64,000 nucleotides of DNA from a virus (IMGVR_UViG_3300035562_000082:1-64000); one strand, 5' to 3'. Positions 1 through 10,767 are shown, counted from the first letter of the stretch. Translations and numbers: made by a program. The notes: a model not told the origin generated them from the letters alone.

Positions 1-567
1 GTACAAACGTACGGCGATTCCCATTGGTGATGTGTTGGAAGTCGTTGAAGAAGACCACATGGGGAGATGGTGATGATCGACTTGACACGCGAACAGTTTG
101 TTCAACGGCTGGTGGACGTCGGGTGGGATCGTAAAGAGGCTGAGGAAGAAGCAGTTCGGCAACTGGACGGCCCTGAAGGTGATTGCGACGGCGATATGAG
201 CCTAGCATGAACATTGAGGTGGTGAATGTCATGAGACGCCCTGTCCTTCCGGAAGATGAGGGACGGCATTTTCACATTCGAAGTTTTGAGTCTATTTTTG
301 ATGCGCAAAAATGGATTGATGCGCAGAAGGACGCGTATTTCAAGCCTGACGATTACTATATCCAAGTTCCTGGTGGTGTTCCATGATTGATATGATCCAC
401 GTACTGCGAGGTGATGATTGGCCCAGGCCATGTGATTGGTGTGCGACGATCTTGAACGCTGAAGACGCCATCCCGATCAGCGGTGGTGAGTGGGTCTGCC
501 CGCCATGTTGTGGGATCATCTTGAACACCGGTACGATCACCAGGATTGATGAACCAAGGAAATAACG

Positions 568-1902
568 ATGGAATGCCAATACTGTGGTAAAGGTGAGGAC
601 GGTGATCACTCTGATTGTGTGCTTGTGGCTAGGGCAAAGCGGCCAATGGGCGAATGGAAACTGGTGTCAATTGAGCCGACACAAGATGATCTTGAACGCA
701 TAGCCTATGTTCTTGCCCATCTTCCGAAAGCGCCCAATCCATTGTATGATGCGGGTTTTGTTCATGCCGCAGTAATTGCTGGTGCTTCGCAACCGGTGGT
801 TTCAGTTGATGAATGGTATGCAGCTAATAAAGAAAAACTGGGTATTGATGAGGAGAAGGCTAAGTCCATTTGGGTGGCGGTGTTTGCTGAAGGTTGGACT
901 GCTGGTTTACGGGCTGCGGATGAGTATTGTTTGTGTTTGCCGAAAGAATGCCGGGGCGAGGACGCTAGTCGGTGTCGATGGCGGATCATGGGGTACTCCC
1001 CGCAGTCAGCGCAGGAGCCGGTGGCGTGGTTAATCGAGAACACAGATTGGGGCCAACCAGCAGAGCAGAAGTATTTAGTTATCTGGGATGCAACTCATGG
1101 AGCAGTCAAAGAACTATGCGGAGCATTTCCGGTCTACTCCGCTCCGCCCGACCTGAGCGCGCGGGTGGCGGAGTTGGAGAAGGATTTCTGCACGGTGTGC
1201 AAGGGCTGTGGAACCGTGCGTGTCATGACCTCGCATCTTGGTTCAGATGACTATGAACAGGAAATTGATTGCCAAGAATGCGATGGAACTGGGCTCCCGA
1301 CTGTTTATGTTGCCGAGCGTAGATCACTCAGACAACGCGCCGAAGCCGCCGAGATCGAGCGAAAGAAGTGGGAGGATTCAGCACGGTTGCTGGCCACGGA
1401 AAAAGGGAATGCTGTTGTTGACTGGCAACGGGCAGAGCAGCGGGCTAAGGATGCAAATGCTGATGCAGATATGTATGCGAAAGCATGGCAACGTGAGTTA
1501 GCTGTTTACGATGGCACGATCTACAACAAGCATCATCACATTGATGCAATGGTAGTGACAACGCAGAAGTTTATCGCCGAGTGGAAACGCGACAAAGATC
1601 GTTGCTTGGAATTCGAAAAACGTACTGCACGAGGAGAAAAAGAAAAGGACGATCTTGAACAACAACTTAAGGACGTACGAGAAGTGCTGTCCGTCATAGC
1701 CAGAGGACCAACGCATTCTGGCTCTATACACGGTATAGGTGATGCGGAGTGGGGTTCGTTTGGCCGCTACTGCGCGGATACGGCTGGCCGTACCATTGGC
1801 GATAAGCTTGCGTTGTCCGTGCCCTATCCCCAATTCTGCCGGCATCCTGAGAAGTGCAGGGGTCTAAGTTCGTGCCCGCGTGACCCAAATTGCTGTGAAT
1901 AG
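568..1902 (+). CDS. Mosaic phage hypothetical protein with DnaJ-type CxxCxGxG zinc finger and coiled coil
   Basis: 444 aa ORF with CTVCKGCG...CQECDGTG motifs, a 'QEPVAW' segment and a helical coiled-coil stretch. Confidence 0.6.
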   Translation: MECQYCGKGEDGDHSDCVLVARAKRPMGEWKLVSIEPTQDDLERIAYVLAHLPKAPNPLYDAGFVHAAVIAGASQPVVSVDEWYAANKEKLGIDEEKAKSIWVAVFAEGWTAGLRAADEYCLCLPKECRGEDASRCRWRIMGYSPQSAQEPVAWLIENTDWGQPAEQKYLVIWDATHGAVKELCGAFPVYSAPPDLSARVAELEKDFCTVCKGCGTVRVMTSHLGSDDYEQEIDCQECDGTGLPTVYVAERRSLRQRAEAAEIERKKWEDSARLLATEKGNAVVDWQRAEQRAKDANADADMYAKAWQRELAVYDGTIYNKHHHIDAMVVTTQKFIAEWKRDKDRCLEFEKRTARGEKEKDDLEQQLKDVREVLSVIARGPTHSGSIHGIGDAEWGSFGRYCADTAGRTIGDKLALSVPYPQFCRHPEKCRGLSSCPRDPNCCE

Positions 1903-1974
1903 CCTCGTTTTTTCTGCTTGACAGACGGATCTGTTTGTGTCAGACTGTCGGTCATCTACTGCAAGGAGTGCAAG

Positions 1975-2487
1975 ATGAATCAGATAGCTCGACCGACGTT
2001 CAAAGGCGAACGCAGTGTTTATACCGTGGTGGCCGCCCAGGGCCATGTCCAGTGGGGTGTGAGCATTCGCCTGGAGGCCCAGAAAGTCACCGTCAGGTTT
2101 TCGACCCTGGGGCAACTACCGGCCCCGCCCAAGCACTTCAATTTCCGTATGCCCGGTGGGTTTCTCGCGGCCAATGGCGAGGTGCAGCCCGGGCTGTACT
2201 TCGATAAGGTCGGGATCCCCATTGTGGCCGGGCTGATGGCCGGGCCGGACTTCAGCAAGATCTGCGCGGATTTCATGGTCGCGGATATCGTGGGTGAGTG
2301 GATTGCCCGACAGTTCCAACAAGAGGGCATCACGCTGGACGTACCGGCCGAGTACTTCTCCGAGCAACTACAGGCGTTGATCGTTCAGGCGTCGGCGCCG
2401 TCGGAGTCCATGGTGGTGTTCGAGCCCCCGAAGGACATCTGGCACGAGCCGAAGATCAGCGGCGTCCAGGAGTCGGACGATGACTAA
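1975..2487 (+). CDS. Hypothetical protein
   Basis: ATG after CAAGGAGTG RBS, downstream of the TTGACA promoter at 1918. Confidence 0.6.
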   Translation: MNQIARPTFKGERSVYTVVAAQGHVQWGVSIRLEAQKVTVRFSTLGQLPAPPKHFNFRMPGGFLAANGEVQPGLYFDKVGIPIVAGLMAGPDFSKICADFMVADIVGEWIARQFQQEGITLDVPAEYFSEQLQALIVQASAPSESMVVFEPPKDIWHEPKISGVQESDDD

Positions 2488-2737
2488 TGACGAGTGCTCG
2501 CCCAGGGGAGACTATCAACTATCTGCCGCTGAGTTGATGGTCAAGTATTGCATCGGTTCGATAGGACATCCGGTGTATACCCGAGATGATTGGAAAGAGG
2601 CGGTGTATGCCGGTCTTACAGTCCCTGGATATCATGGGTATTGGGATTGGGTGGCCAGCATGCTGGATCAAGAGCGGAATGAGATCCTGAGCAGGCGTTG
2701 ATTCAACCGCGCGTAGGCGCATTTACAAGGAGTGTGG

Positions 2738-3235
2738 ATGATGACCGAGAAAGAAGTTGCAAGCTGGCGTGCGGGGCACCGAAATGAGCCGGTGTGGCGT
2801 GATGGACTCGACAGCACGTTGTCGTACCTGATCGTGGCCGTGCAGTTCGATGCCAAGACCTACAACTGCGTGTGCATCCGGAAATTCGATGACGACAGCT
2901 ACAAGCTGAAGTGCTACCCGGACTTCAAGTCCTGGAAGTTCTCGGAGTCGATCCTCGATGACCTGGGGGCCGTGGATTTCCTGGATCGATCGGACAAAGA
3001 CAACATGAGGGACTACGCGGGGTACCAGCGGTGTTTCGTGAGCCGTGAGGTGCTGGCGCGAGTGCTCAAGCGGCTGAGAGCCCAGCAGAACGTGACGACC
3101 ATCACCTTGGACTTGGTGGACGAGGCGTTCAAACGCCCGCACAACACGCGACAGTCGAGCCGGGATTACCATCCGGTGCGCGGCGGTCGTATGCCGGAAA
3201 CGCCGTACGAAGTCAAAGAAAAACTAGAAGACTAG
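2738..3235 (+). CDS. Hypothetical protein
   Basis: CAAGGAGTG RBS at about 2726; phage-like codon usage. Confidence 0.55.
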   Translation: MMTEKEVASWRAGHRNEPVWRDGLDSTLSYLIVAVQFDAKTYNCVCIRKFDDDSYKLKCYPDFKSWKFSESILDDLGAVDFLDRSDKDNMRDYAGYQRCFVSREVLARVLKRLRAQQNVTTITLDLVDEAFKRPHNTRQSSRDYHPVRGGRMPETPYEVKEKLED

Positions 3236-3261
3236 TTCGGCAATCAATTGCAGCCCCCTTG

Positions 3262-3290
3262 CCCTGGTCCTTCGGGACCCGGGCTTTTCT
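3262..3290 (+). terminator. Probable intrinsic terminator
   Basis: CCCTGGTCC-TTCG-GGACCCGGG hairpin followed by CTTTTCT. Confidence 0.55.
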
Positions 3291-3308
3291 CATTTGGGAG
3301 AGTGAGAA

Positions 3309-4313
3309 ATGGACGAGGACATCTTTTGGCTGACCGAGGCCAAGCGCTACCGGACGATCCTGGTACGACCTGAGTACATCCGGATGTTCGGTGCATCGGC
3401 CGGTGTTTTGCTGTCGCAGATTGTGTTCTGGAGTCGGCCGAATAAGCTGGGGGTGACCAAGCTCCGGGTGGTGCACGATCAACGCCTGTGGATCGCCAAG
3501 CACCGGGAAGACTGGATGGCCGAGACCGGGTTGTCGCTCAATCAATTCAAGTACGCCCTTGTGTGGTTACGTGAATTAGGGATCGTTGAGTCCGGCGTCT
3601 GGTTATTCGCGGGAAAGACCTGTCATCATGTACGATTGAACGTTGGACAGCTTGCTGACATAATGGGGGGTCGGTTGAAAATCAACCAACGGGTTGGCTT
3701 AAAATCAACCAACGTGGTTGGCTCAAAATCAACCAACGGGTTGGTTGAAAACCAGCCAACCATTACAGAGATTACTACAGAGAGCACCAGAGATTACACA
3801 CAGACCCCGAGGCCCGAGATGAAGGCCCGCGAGCCCAAGAAAAGTCAGACGGCACAGGAGGTGATGGAAGACGCGCGGCAGCACGAGCCTGGATCGTACG
3901 TTACGCTGTGGAAGAAACGGATGAGCGCACTTCATGGGGAGTTCGTGGGGCAACTGAAGCCCAAGGAGCTAGCGCAGTTGAAGGCCGTGGTGAAGATCGC
4001 AGGACCGCGTGCCCGGTCGTTGATTGACTACGTGTGTGAGAACTGGATGATGTTCGCGCAGAAGGTCAAGAACGTACGAGGGATTGAGCTAGTACCGACG
4101 GAACCACATTTGGGGTTCTTGTTGACCTACGTGCAAGTTGGGTTGCAGTTGTTGGTCGTGACCTCGGATCAACCAGCTACCCCAATGAAGGTTAGTATCG
4201 CAGTTGAACCAACGACAAAGGAGATTGAGGAGCCGCACAAGATGACTTTTGAAGAGATTGCGGCGGAATTGGCGGAGTTCGATCGACTGGCGGCCAAGAA
4301 AGGCGGTCCATGA
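3309..4313 (+). CDS. Replication initiator protein (N-terminal winged-HTH, lambda O-like organisation)
   Basis: AGVLLSQIVFWS...WIAKHREDWMAETGLS wHTH-type motif; internal iterons; directly upstream of loader and helicase genes. Confidence 0.75.
   Translation: MDEDIFWLTEAKRYRTILVRPEYIRMFGASAGVLLSQIVFWSRPNKLGVTKLRVVHDQRLWIAKHREDWMAETGLSLNQFKYALVWLRELGIVESGVWLFAGKTCHHVRLNVGQLADIMGGRLKINQRVGLKSTNVVGSKSTNGLVENQPTITEITTESTRDYTQTPRPEMKAREPKKSQTAQEVMEDARQHEPGSYVTLWKKRMSALHGEFVGQLKPKELAQLKAVVKIAGPRARSLIDYVCENWMMFAQKVKNVRGIELVPTEPHLGFLLTYVQVGLQLLVVTSDQPATPMKVSIAVEPTTKEIEEPHKMTFEEIAAELAEFDRLAAKKGGP
3673..3761. repeat. Four ~23-bp palindromic iterons; putative replication origin inside the initiator gene
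   Basis: GGTTGAAAATCAACCAACG / GGTTGGCTTAAAATCAACCAACG / GGTTGGCTCAAAATCAACCAACG / GGTTGGTTGAAAACCAGCCAACC in tandem. Confidence 0.75.
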
Positions 4314-4876
4314 CCAAGTTGCCCGAAGACAGTGTGCTGGACCCGGTGGTTCATGCGCGGCTGTTGTTGGACATCGATCATGTGTGTGAGACGGCGAATA
4401 TTCCGCCGATGTACCTGCATCGACGGATGGCCCCGTATTGTCGAGACCATGAGATCGCCTGGGTCAAGGGCTATCCTCAGGCCAAGATCGAGGGTAAAAT
4501 CGCTGGCTATCGGTTGATCGGCAAGAACAGCGAGCCACGATGCATGGCCATTTGCGGAGCTTTTCTCCGCAATTTCATTGATGCACGCGTCGTGACCCTG
4601 AATAAATTGATTGACGACGCACAGAAGGGCGAAGCCCCGGATCCGACGGTGATGATCATCCCCAACCTGTTTGTCGCCACTCAAGGGGGCAAACCGCTGA
4701 CCGCATGGCAGGTGTCGTTGCTGTACGACGTGCTGCTGGCGCGCATGGTGTCCGGGCGGATGACCGTGGTGTACGTCGAGGACATGGATGCACTGGCCAA
4801 CGCCTATGGGGCGTTGATGCGCGAACACCTGCTAACCCACTTTGTTTCGGAAGAACAACTTGAGGCACATGCATAA
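4310..4876 (+). CDS. Degenerate DnaC/IstB-like helicase loader
   Basis: Lies between initiator and DnaB; 'ANIPPMY' and 'LLYDVLLARMVSGRMTVV' resemble DnaC-family segments; no intact Walker A. Confidence 0.5.
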   Translation: MTKLPEDSVLDPVVHARLLLDIDHVCETANIPPMYLHRRMAPYCRDHEIAWVKGYPQAKIEGKIAGYRLIGKNSEPRCMAICGAFLRNFIDARVVTLNKLIDDAQKGEAPDPTVMIIPNLFVATQGGKPLTAWQVSLLYDVLLARMVSGRMTVVYVEDMDALANAYGALMREHLLTHFVSEEQLEAHA

Positions 4877-6139
4877 ATGACCTTCGCAATTGGTCTGAAG
4901 GCCATCCGTCGCCTGTGCGAGAGTCAGTCGGCTTTGGAATGGCACAGAGCGAAACTGACAAGCGCATTGTTCATCGGCACGGAAAAGCCTGTATTCGAAT
5001 GGGTTGATCAACATGTTAAGACCCACCATGCACTGCCGCAGACTGAAACGCTGGAGAGCCAGTGGCCGGAGGTTAAAGACGCGTCCACACCGGAACCCAG
5101 CAGTTACTACATCGGGTTGTTGGAGAACCGGTTTTTCTACGAGGTGATCAACAACGCGAACATCGACAGCCAGCAAATACTGAAGGCCAATCAAGACGAT
5201 CACCTGAAGGCCATGAACGTTCTCCAACGGGCGATCAACATCATCGTCCAGCAGAAGTACCGGGCAAAGATCTTGGACGTGTCGTTACAGGCCCCGCAGT
5301 TGGTGCTTCAGGTGTATCACCACACGTTGCAGACCGAGGACATCGGGGAGTTCGGTTGGCCGTACATGGACACCAGCACCGGACCGCTGATACCCGGGGA
5401 TGTGGTGTCCATCGTTGGCCGGCCGGCCATGGGCAAGACCTATTTGAGTTTGCACGGAGCAATGCACAACTGGCGAAAGCATCGAAATACGTTGTTTGTA
5501 TCGATGGAAATGTCGCTGTTGCCGTTGGCTCAACGGGTGACCGCGATGTACGCGGGGACGAATATCAGTCAGTTGAAGATCGCGGGCTACGCTAGTAAAA
5601 CCTACGAGAAATTTCATAAAGGGTTGATGCAACTTGCAGAGGAAGAGGCCAAGCTGTACATCGTCAACGGTAATCTGGCGGCCAGCATGGAAGACATCTA
5701 TGCGTTGGCCGACCATTTGAAGTGCAGGTTCGTGGTGATCGACGGCGCGTATCTAGCGCGGCATAAGAACCCTCGGCTCGATCGGTATACACGGGTAGCG
5801 GAGAACGCGGAGTTGATCAAGCGCTATAGCGAGGACCTGTTGTGCGCGACATTGGCAAGCTGGCAGTTTTCACGGGAGTTCGTGAAGAAGCACAAGAAGA
5901 AGAACGAGGAGGTGGGGCTGGAGGACATCGGGTACTCGGACGTGATCGGGCAGATTAGTAGTATCGTCCTCGGGTTATTTCAGGACGATGGGGTGGAGAC
6001 CATGCAGAAGCGGCTCGTGCGGTTGCTGAAGGGCCGGGATGGGCAGATCGGGCAGTTCAGTATCAAGTGGGACTTTCTGGGCATGGACTTCAGCCAGTGG
6101 TTTGAGGTCGAGAAGCCAGCGGACCTGCTGTACACCTGA
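4877..6139 (+). CDS. dnaB: DnaB-like replicative helicase
   Basis: Walker A GRPAMGKT, FVSMEM, VVIDGAYL, WQFSRE, IGYSDVIGQ, LKGRDG motifs. Confidence 0.92.
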   Translation: MTFAIGLKAIRRLCESQSALEWHRAKLTSALFIGTEKPVFEWVDQHVKTHHALPQTETLESQWPEVKDASTPEPSSYYIGLLENRFFYEVINNANIDSQQILKANQDDHLKAMNVLQRAINIIVQQKYRAKILDVSLQAPQLVLQVYHHTLQTEDIGEFGWPYMDTSTGPLIPGDVVSIVGRPAMGKTYLSLHGAMHNWRKHRNTLFVSMEMSLLPLAQRVTAMYAGTNISQLKIAGYASKTYEKFHKGLMQLAEEEAKLYIVNGNLAASMEDIYALADHLKCRFVVIDGAYLARHKNPRLDRYTRVAENAELIKRYSEDLLCATLASWQFSREFVKKHKKKNEEVGLEDIGYSDVIGQISSIVLGLFQDDGVETMQKRLVRLLKGRDGQIGQFSIKWDFLGMDFSQWFEVEKPADLLYT

Positions 6140-6141
6140 GC

Positions 6142-6169
6142 TTGACAAACGATTGGGCTGTGCTATAAT
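6142..6169 (+). promoter_or_regulatory. sigma70-like promoter (representative of a family of about 17 in the window)
   Basis: TTGACA-16 nt-TATAAT with TG extension; TTGACA also at 1918, 6268, 8439, 15429, 25454, 26382, 29798, 31139, 32809, 34114, 35115, 37079, 43807, 56230, 59928, 62182, each with a -10-like hexamer downstream. Confidence 0.8.
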
Positions 6170-6178
6170 ACGGTTTCT

Positions 6179-6265
6179 GGGGAAGACGCCTAATGGGTAT
6201 GGCACCGGACTGTAACTCCGTGGTCGGCTAGTTCCGTGGAGGTTCGAATCCTTCCTTCCCCACCA
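6179..6265 (+). tRNA. tRNA-Tyr (GTA)
   Basis: GGGGAAG/CTTCCCC acceptor stem, CTGTAAC anticodon loop, long variable arm, GGTTCGAATCC T-arm, encoded CCA. Confidence 0.92.
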
Positions 6266-6326
6266 GCTTGACAAACTAATGAAACTGGGTTAGGCTACAA
6301 CTTCACGTAGGACAAGGAGTGTCGGC

Positions 6327-6767
6327 ATGGGCATACTGGGTAGGATCAAGCGCGTGTTTCATCGGCAACCGGGGGTAGTGCCGGTTCATCCACTGCCGCC
6401 GCCACGGGCGTTGCCGGTGATCGATCGCACGGTGTTGCGAAAACCGGTGTCGCCGGTATACGGATCCAAGCGGGTGTCGAGCGTACCACCGTCGGTGCAT
6501 AGAGCGGAGGACGATGATGACACAGCGGCGTTGGACTCCATCGTTTTCGGGTCATCGGTGATCGGCAGTACGTCCGACCATGAGTTTAAGGACAGCGAGC
6601 TGTTGAAGTCCGGGGGCGGAGGCGATTTCGCTGGTGGTGGAGCAACTGGATCATGGGATGCGCCATCCTCAAGCTCATCGGACTCATCGGCGAGTTCGAG
6701 TTCATCGGACTCAAGTTCCTCAAGTTCTTCATCGGATTCAAGTTCGAGTTCATCCAGCGATTCGTAA
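6327..6767 (+). CDS. Hypothetical protein with Gly/Ser-rich tail
   Basis: CAAGGAGTG RBS; SGGGGDFAGGGATGSW motif followed by a (S)nD low-complexity tail. Confidence 0.65.
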   Translation: MGILGRIKRVFHRQPGVVPVHPLPPPRALPVIDRTVLRKPVSPVYGSKRVSSVPPSVHRAEDDDDTAALDSIVFGSSVIGSTSDHEFKDSELLKSGGGGDFAGGGATGSWDAPSSSSSDSSASSSSSDSSSSSSSSDSSSSSSSDS

Positions 6768-6786
6768 ACCGACAAGGAGTGTCGTC

Positions 6787-7254
6787 ATGGCCGTGTCCTA
6801 CGTGTTCGAGAAACCCGCCCAACAAGAACCGGTGCCGGCACAGCCGTTGGTGGAGCAGACGGCCAGTCAATTGTTGGCCGGAGAGTTGATTTCGCTGGAT
6901 CGTAAACTCGTGGACGCGGATGTCCCGGAGATCCTGAAGCGCATTGAGGTCATCAAGAAGGAACTGCAATCGATTGCCAAGGACGCGGTGGCCCCGGATC
7001 TGGGGTGGGTGATCGAAGCACCGAATGGTGTGGTGACCGTCAGCAAGTGCGCGGAGAAGATCGAGATCAAGGACCTGGACGGGTTGATCCAGTACATCGA
7101 GAGCAAACTGGGGCATAATGCTGTGTTGGCGGTGTTGAGCGCACAGTTGACCTCTTTGCGGAAGATCCTGGGCGAAAACGAAATTCACAAGTTTTCGGAG
7201 ACCGTGCCGGGCGCACGGACGATCAAGGTCGCGCATAAAGATGGGGCGACGTAA
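6787..7254 (+). CDS. Hypothetical protein
   Basis: CAAGGAGTG RBS before ATG 6787. Confidence 0.6.
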   Translation: MAVSYVFEKPAQQEPVPAQPLVEQTASQLLAGELISLDRKLVDADVPEILKRIEVIKKELQSIAKDAVAPDLGWVIEAPNGVVTVSKCAEKIEIKDLDGLIQYIESKLGHNAVLAVLSAQLTSLRKILGENEIHKFSETVPGARTIKVAHKDGAT

Positions 7255-7439
7255 GATCCGGGTTGTCGAGGTTAACCAGCGTGGGCCGATGGAGTACCTG
7301 CCCACGGGTCGGGAGGTTCAGATCGACGCTGACTGCCCGTTGTTCGAGCTAGAGCAGTGGCAGGGTGGTCGGGCCATGGGCATTGTGATGGTTGATCCCT
7401 CGGTGTTCGAGCAGATTCGAGAGATCGTACAATCTAGTT

Positions 7440-8435
7440 ATGAACCAGCAGCAGGCCCTGGATTTCCTAAAGGCCCTGGGGGTTAGCCACGCGCAGTATA
7501 AACCGGGGTGGGTGACCGCCGCGTGTCCGTTTGCGCCGTTCAGGCATAAGGGCGGCAAAGACAGTAATCCAAGCTTTGGTCTGAAGTACGAGGTGGGGGT
7601 GCGTTCGTACTTCAACTGCTTTGCCTGCGGGTCGGGGCCGGCGGAGGAACTGCTTCAGGCGTTGGAAATGTACACCATGGATCGACCGCACTTACGATCG
7701 CACTATGATTTCAAACACGCGCGAGCGATTCTGACGGCCGAAGACGATGAGCTTTCGGTGCTGCCTAACTATAAGGAGTTTGGGCAGGAGACCACCAAGC
7801 AGTTTGAAGAATGGCCGTGGCACTTTATCAACAGCTTTTTGCCATTGAATGAAGAGGCCATCGGGTATTTGACAATGCGTGATGTGACGTTCAAGCAAAT
7901 GGTTGATCACAGTATGCGGTGGGATCCGAAGAAGCGCATGGTGGTCATGCCGTACTTGAATGCCTATGATAAACTCGCGGGTGCGCGAGGTCGATCGATT
8001 GACTCGAATGTGCAGGGGTGGAAGAAGCATTGGGATTACACGTGGAACGGCGTGAACAACACCGCGCTGTGTTGGTACAACGAACAGGCTTTGCAGTTGA
8101 CGGGACCGGTGGTGGTGGTTGAAGGTCAGTTCGATGTACTGCGGGTAGCCCAGGTGTACCCCAAGGTCGTGGGGAACATGATGGCGCATCCAACGCGTGC
8201 CAAGCTGTTGAAGCTCCTGCATTCACCGCGTGTAGTGTTGATCCCGGATAACGATGGTCCCGGTGGTGCGGGCGAGAAGTCGGTCAAGCACTACCGGGAG
8301 TTCATGTTCGCTCAAGGCCATGGTCAACGATTCACGCATCTTCAACTGCCGTTGCCCGAGGGTCAGTTGAAGATCGACCCAGCGGAATGTCATCCGCAGT
8401 TTTTGAAGGACCTACTGGTGCCAGTGATCAACTAG
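7440..8435 (+). CDS. DNA primase (zinc-binding domain plus TOPRIM)
   Basis: CPFAPFRH...DSNPSF...FNCFAC zinc finger; VVVVEGQFD and PDNDG TOPRIM motifs. Confidence 0.88.
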   Translation: MNQQQALDFLKALGVSHAQYKPGWVTAACPFAPFRHKGGKDSNPSFGLKYEVGVRSYFNCFACGSGPAEELLQALEMYTMDRPHLRSHYDFKHARAILTAEDDELSVLPNYKEFGQETTKQFEEWPWHFINSFLPLNEEAIGYLTMRDVTFKQMVDHSMRWDPKKRMVVMPYLNAYDKLAGARGRSIDSNVQGWKKHWDYTWNGVNNTALCWYNEQALQLTGPVVVVEGQFDVLRVAQVYPKVVGNMMAHPTRAKLLKLLHSPRVVLIPDNDGPGGAGEKSVKHYREFMFAQGHGQRFTHLQLPLPEGQLKIDPAECHPQFLKDLLVPVIN

Positions 8436-8524
8436 TATTTGACAAACACCGTCTGATAGTGTAGGATCCGCATGGGCGTGCCTCACCTGACGAGGCTTTA
8501 TACGTTCTCCTGGGAGAGATCAAA

Positions 8525-9334
8525 ATGGGTGTGTCGATTAACAACGGTCAACCACAACCGCAGCAACCAAAGCAAAGTTGGCTCAAGAAAGGACAGGCCA
8601 GTGCACAGGCGGCCAAACACAACGAGCAGGAGATTCAGCGACGGCGAGAAGAACAGGGGTTGATGTGGCGGTATTATCTGAAACAAGGGGAGGGCGGGGA
8701 ACTGACGTTCGTGGACGGTGATCTGTCGGTGCCCGAGGGTTTTCTGTGGCCACCACGGTACTACGAGCACGATATTTATTGGAATGGCAAGTTCCACAAC
8801 TTTTTTGTTTGCCCGGAGAAAACCAGTCCGGAGTCCGGTGATAAGTGCCCGCTGTGTGAAGACCCGCAGGAGCGGCCGTACCTTGCGGCGTTGTTCACGG
8901 TCATTGATCACCGTAAGTACACCAATCCGGAGAACGGTAAGATCTATCAGAATCAACGGCGATTGCTCGTGGCCAAGACCCAGACGTTTGAGATCCTGGC
9001 GAAGATCGCTAACAAGGTCGGGGGCTTGGCCGGCCAGACGTTTGATGTGAGTCGCAGCAACGCGCAGATGAGCGCAAACGTGGGGGATGTGTTCATTCCG
9101 CTCAAGAAGACGCCGATCATTGAGCTTCAGAAACTGTACATGGCGGAGCGCACGGACCCCAAGACCAACGCCAAGACCAAGGAGACGTATTTTCTGCCGG
9201 CGAACTACGAAACGGAGATCGTTTATCGTACGGGCGATGAACTGCGGAAGATGGGGTTGGGCAAGCCCGTGATGGCCACTGGCACGCAGCAATACCAGGA
9301 AGGAGAGCAGGCGGGTTACAAAGAACACTTGTAA
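8525..9334 (+). CDS. Putative single-stranded DNA-binding protein (gp32-like)
   Basis: H...C...CPLCE zinc motif and FTVIDHR within the replication cluster. Confidence 0.6.
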   Translation: MGVSINNGQPQPQQPKQSWLKKGQASAQAAKHNEQEIQRRREEQGLMWRYYLKQGEGGELTFVDGDLSVPEGFLWPPRYYEHDIYWNGKFHNFFVCPEKTSPESGDKCPLCEDPQERPYLAALFTVIDHRKYTNPENGKIYQNQRRLLVAKTQTFEILAKIANKVGGLAGQTFDVSRSNAQMSANVGDVFIPLKKTPIIELQKLYMAERTDPKTNAKTKETYFLPANYETEIVYRTGDELRKMGLGKPVMATGTQQYQEGEQAGYKEHL

Positions 9335-9451
9335 AGTACACCGATGGCTCGGTGTTCGCTGCGCTAATTAACTGACTAGAGTCTTGGCGCAACTCAGGAT
9401 GCACTCTCCTTCCGGGGGACCGGATAGTCAGCCCTGATCAAGGAGTGATGG

Positions 9452-10759
9452 GTGTACACTACGGTTCAACCAGATCGCACGGATGCGGCGGCCGTTTACC
9501 CGTATACACCGGGGTTGGACGCGGCGTTCAAGTTCATCACGACCTTTGGTGATCCCGTGGCCATGGCCTACAGGCGTGGTCAATGTCTGTGTGTCCCGCG
9601 TCAGGCCGTGCCGTTGGGTAAGGAGGATCGGCGTTTGGCCTTTGATCCGAAGATCATCGACTGTCAGTTTGAGCCCTGGAATCCCGAACAAGAGCCGTTG
9701 ATCAACCGTAGTGTGACGTTGCTACGGCAGGACCAGCCGCATGTACTGGAGGCCCCGACGGGCTGGGGCAAGAGCGTGGTCGGGAGTGTCATCGCCTGTC
9801 GGTTGGGGCAGCCGACGATCATTCTCGTGCAGAAACAGGACCTGATGGACCAATGGTATGAGGCGTTGACCGACGAAGATAAGTGCGGGGTGCCTGCGGC
9901 GTTGGTGGGTCGAGTTCAACAAGACATGTGTGATTACAAGGGCCGGCAGTTTGTGCTGGGCATGGTCCAGAGCGTGATGCTGCCTGATCGGTATCCGGAG
10001 GACATGTACCGGCATTTTGGGCTGATGGTGTTGGATGAAGTGGATACCATGGCCGCCGATCAATTCGTGACCGTCTGTTGGAAATTTCCAGCGCGGTATC
10101 GCCTGGGGCTGACGGCTACGCCTGAACGATCGGACGGTAAGTGGCGGGTGGTCGAGGCCCATGTGGGGCCGGTGATGTGCCGGGGTACGATCGTGCCGAT
10201 GAAGCCCAAGATCCTGGTGAAGAAGACCGGATGGGCTATTCCCATGCGCAATGGCCAGAAGGTTCCGTATGAGTCCGGGCGCATGATGACCGTGAACAAG
10301 CTGATGGCCGCCTCGCAGATGCGGAATATCGAGATCACGGAGTTCGTGCTGGCGGCGTATGCAGCGGATCGGACGATCTTGGTGGCGTCGGATTTGAAGG
10401 AGCACCTTGATCGGCTGTTTCAGATGTTCACCAGCTACGGAATCCCCGGCGAGGACATCGGGTATTACGTGGGGGGCATGAGCAAGATGGAATTGGAGTT
10501 CACGAAGAAACGTCGGGTGGTGCTTGGTACGTACAAGATGTGTGGTCGAGGGACGAACGTCCCACACTGGGATACGTTTGTACCAGCCACCCCCCGGGCG
10601 AACATCAAGCAGTTCATTGGCCGGATCGTTCGGTACATGCTGAATAAAAAGCAACCAGTGGCCCTGGATCTGGTTGATTATGATAAGATCTTTCATGCTT
10701 TTCATCTGGCGAGGATGAAACAATACTATCGAATGGGGGCGAACATCGTGTCGGTGTGA
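9452..10759 (+). CDS. Superfamily 2 (DExD/H) helicase
   Basis: APTGWGKS, LDEVD, LGLTATPER, GTNVP, QFIGRIVR motifs. Confidence 0.9.
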   Translation: MYTTVQPDRTDAAAVYPYTPGLDAAFKFITTFGDPVAMAYRRGQCLCVPRQAVPLGKEDRRLAFDPKIIDCQFEPWNPEQEPLINRSVTLLRQDQPHVLEAPTGWGKSVVGSVIACRLGQPTIILVQKQDLMDQWYEALTDEDKCGVPAALVGRVQQDMCDYKGRQFVLGMVQSVMLPDRYPEDMYRHFGLMVLDEVDTMAADQFVTVCWKFPARYRLGLTATPERSDGKWRVVEAHVGPVMCRGTIVPMKPKILVKKTGWAIPMRNGQKVPYESGRMMTVNKLMAASQMRNIEITEFVLAAYAADRTILVASDLKEHLDRLFQMFTSYGIPGEDIGYYVGGMSKMELEFTKKRRVVLGTYKMCGRGTNVPHWDTFVPATPRANIKQFIGRIVRYMLNKKQPVALDLVDYDKIFHAFHLARMKQYYRMGANIVSV

Positions 10760-10767
10760 GGCTCGTG

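Noticed and set aside
6660-6767. TCAAGTTC/TCATCGG short repeats
   Set aside because: Explained by the poly-Ser/Asp tail of ORF 6327-6767.
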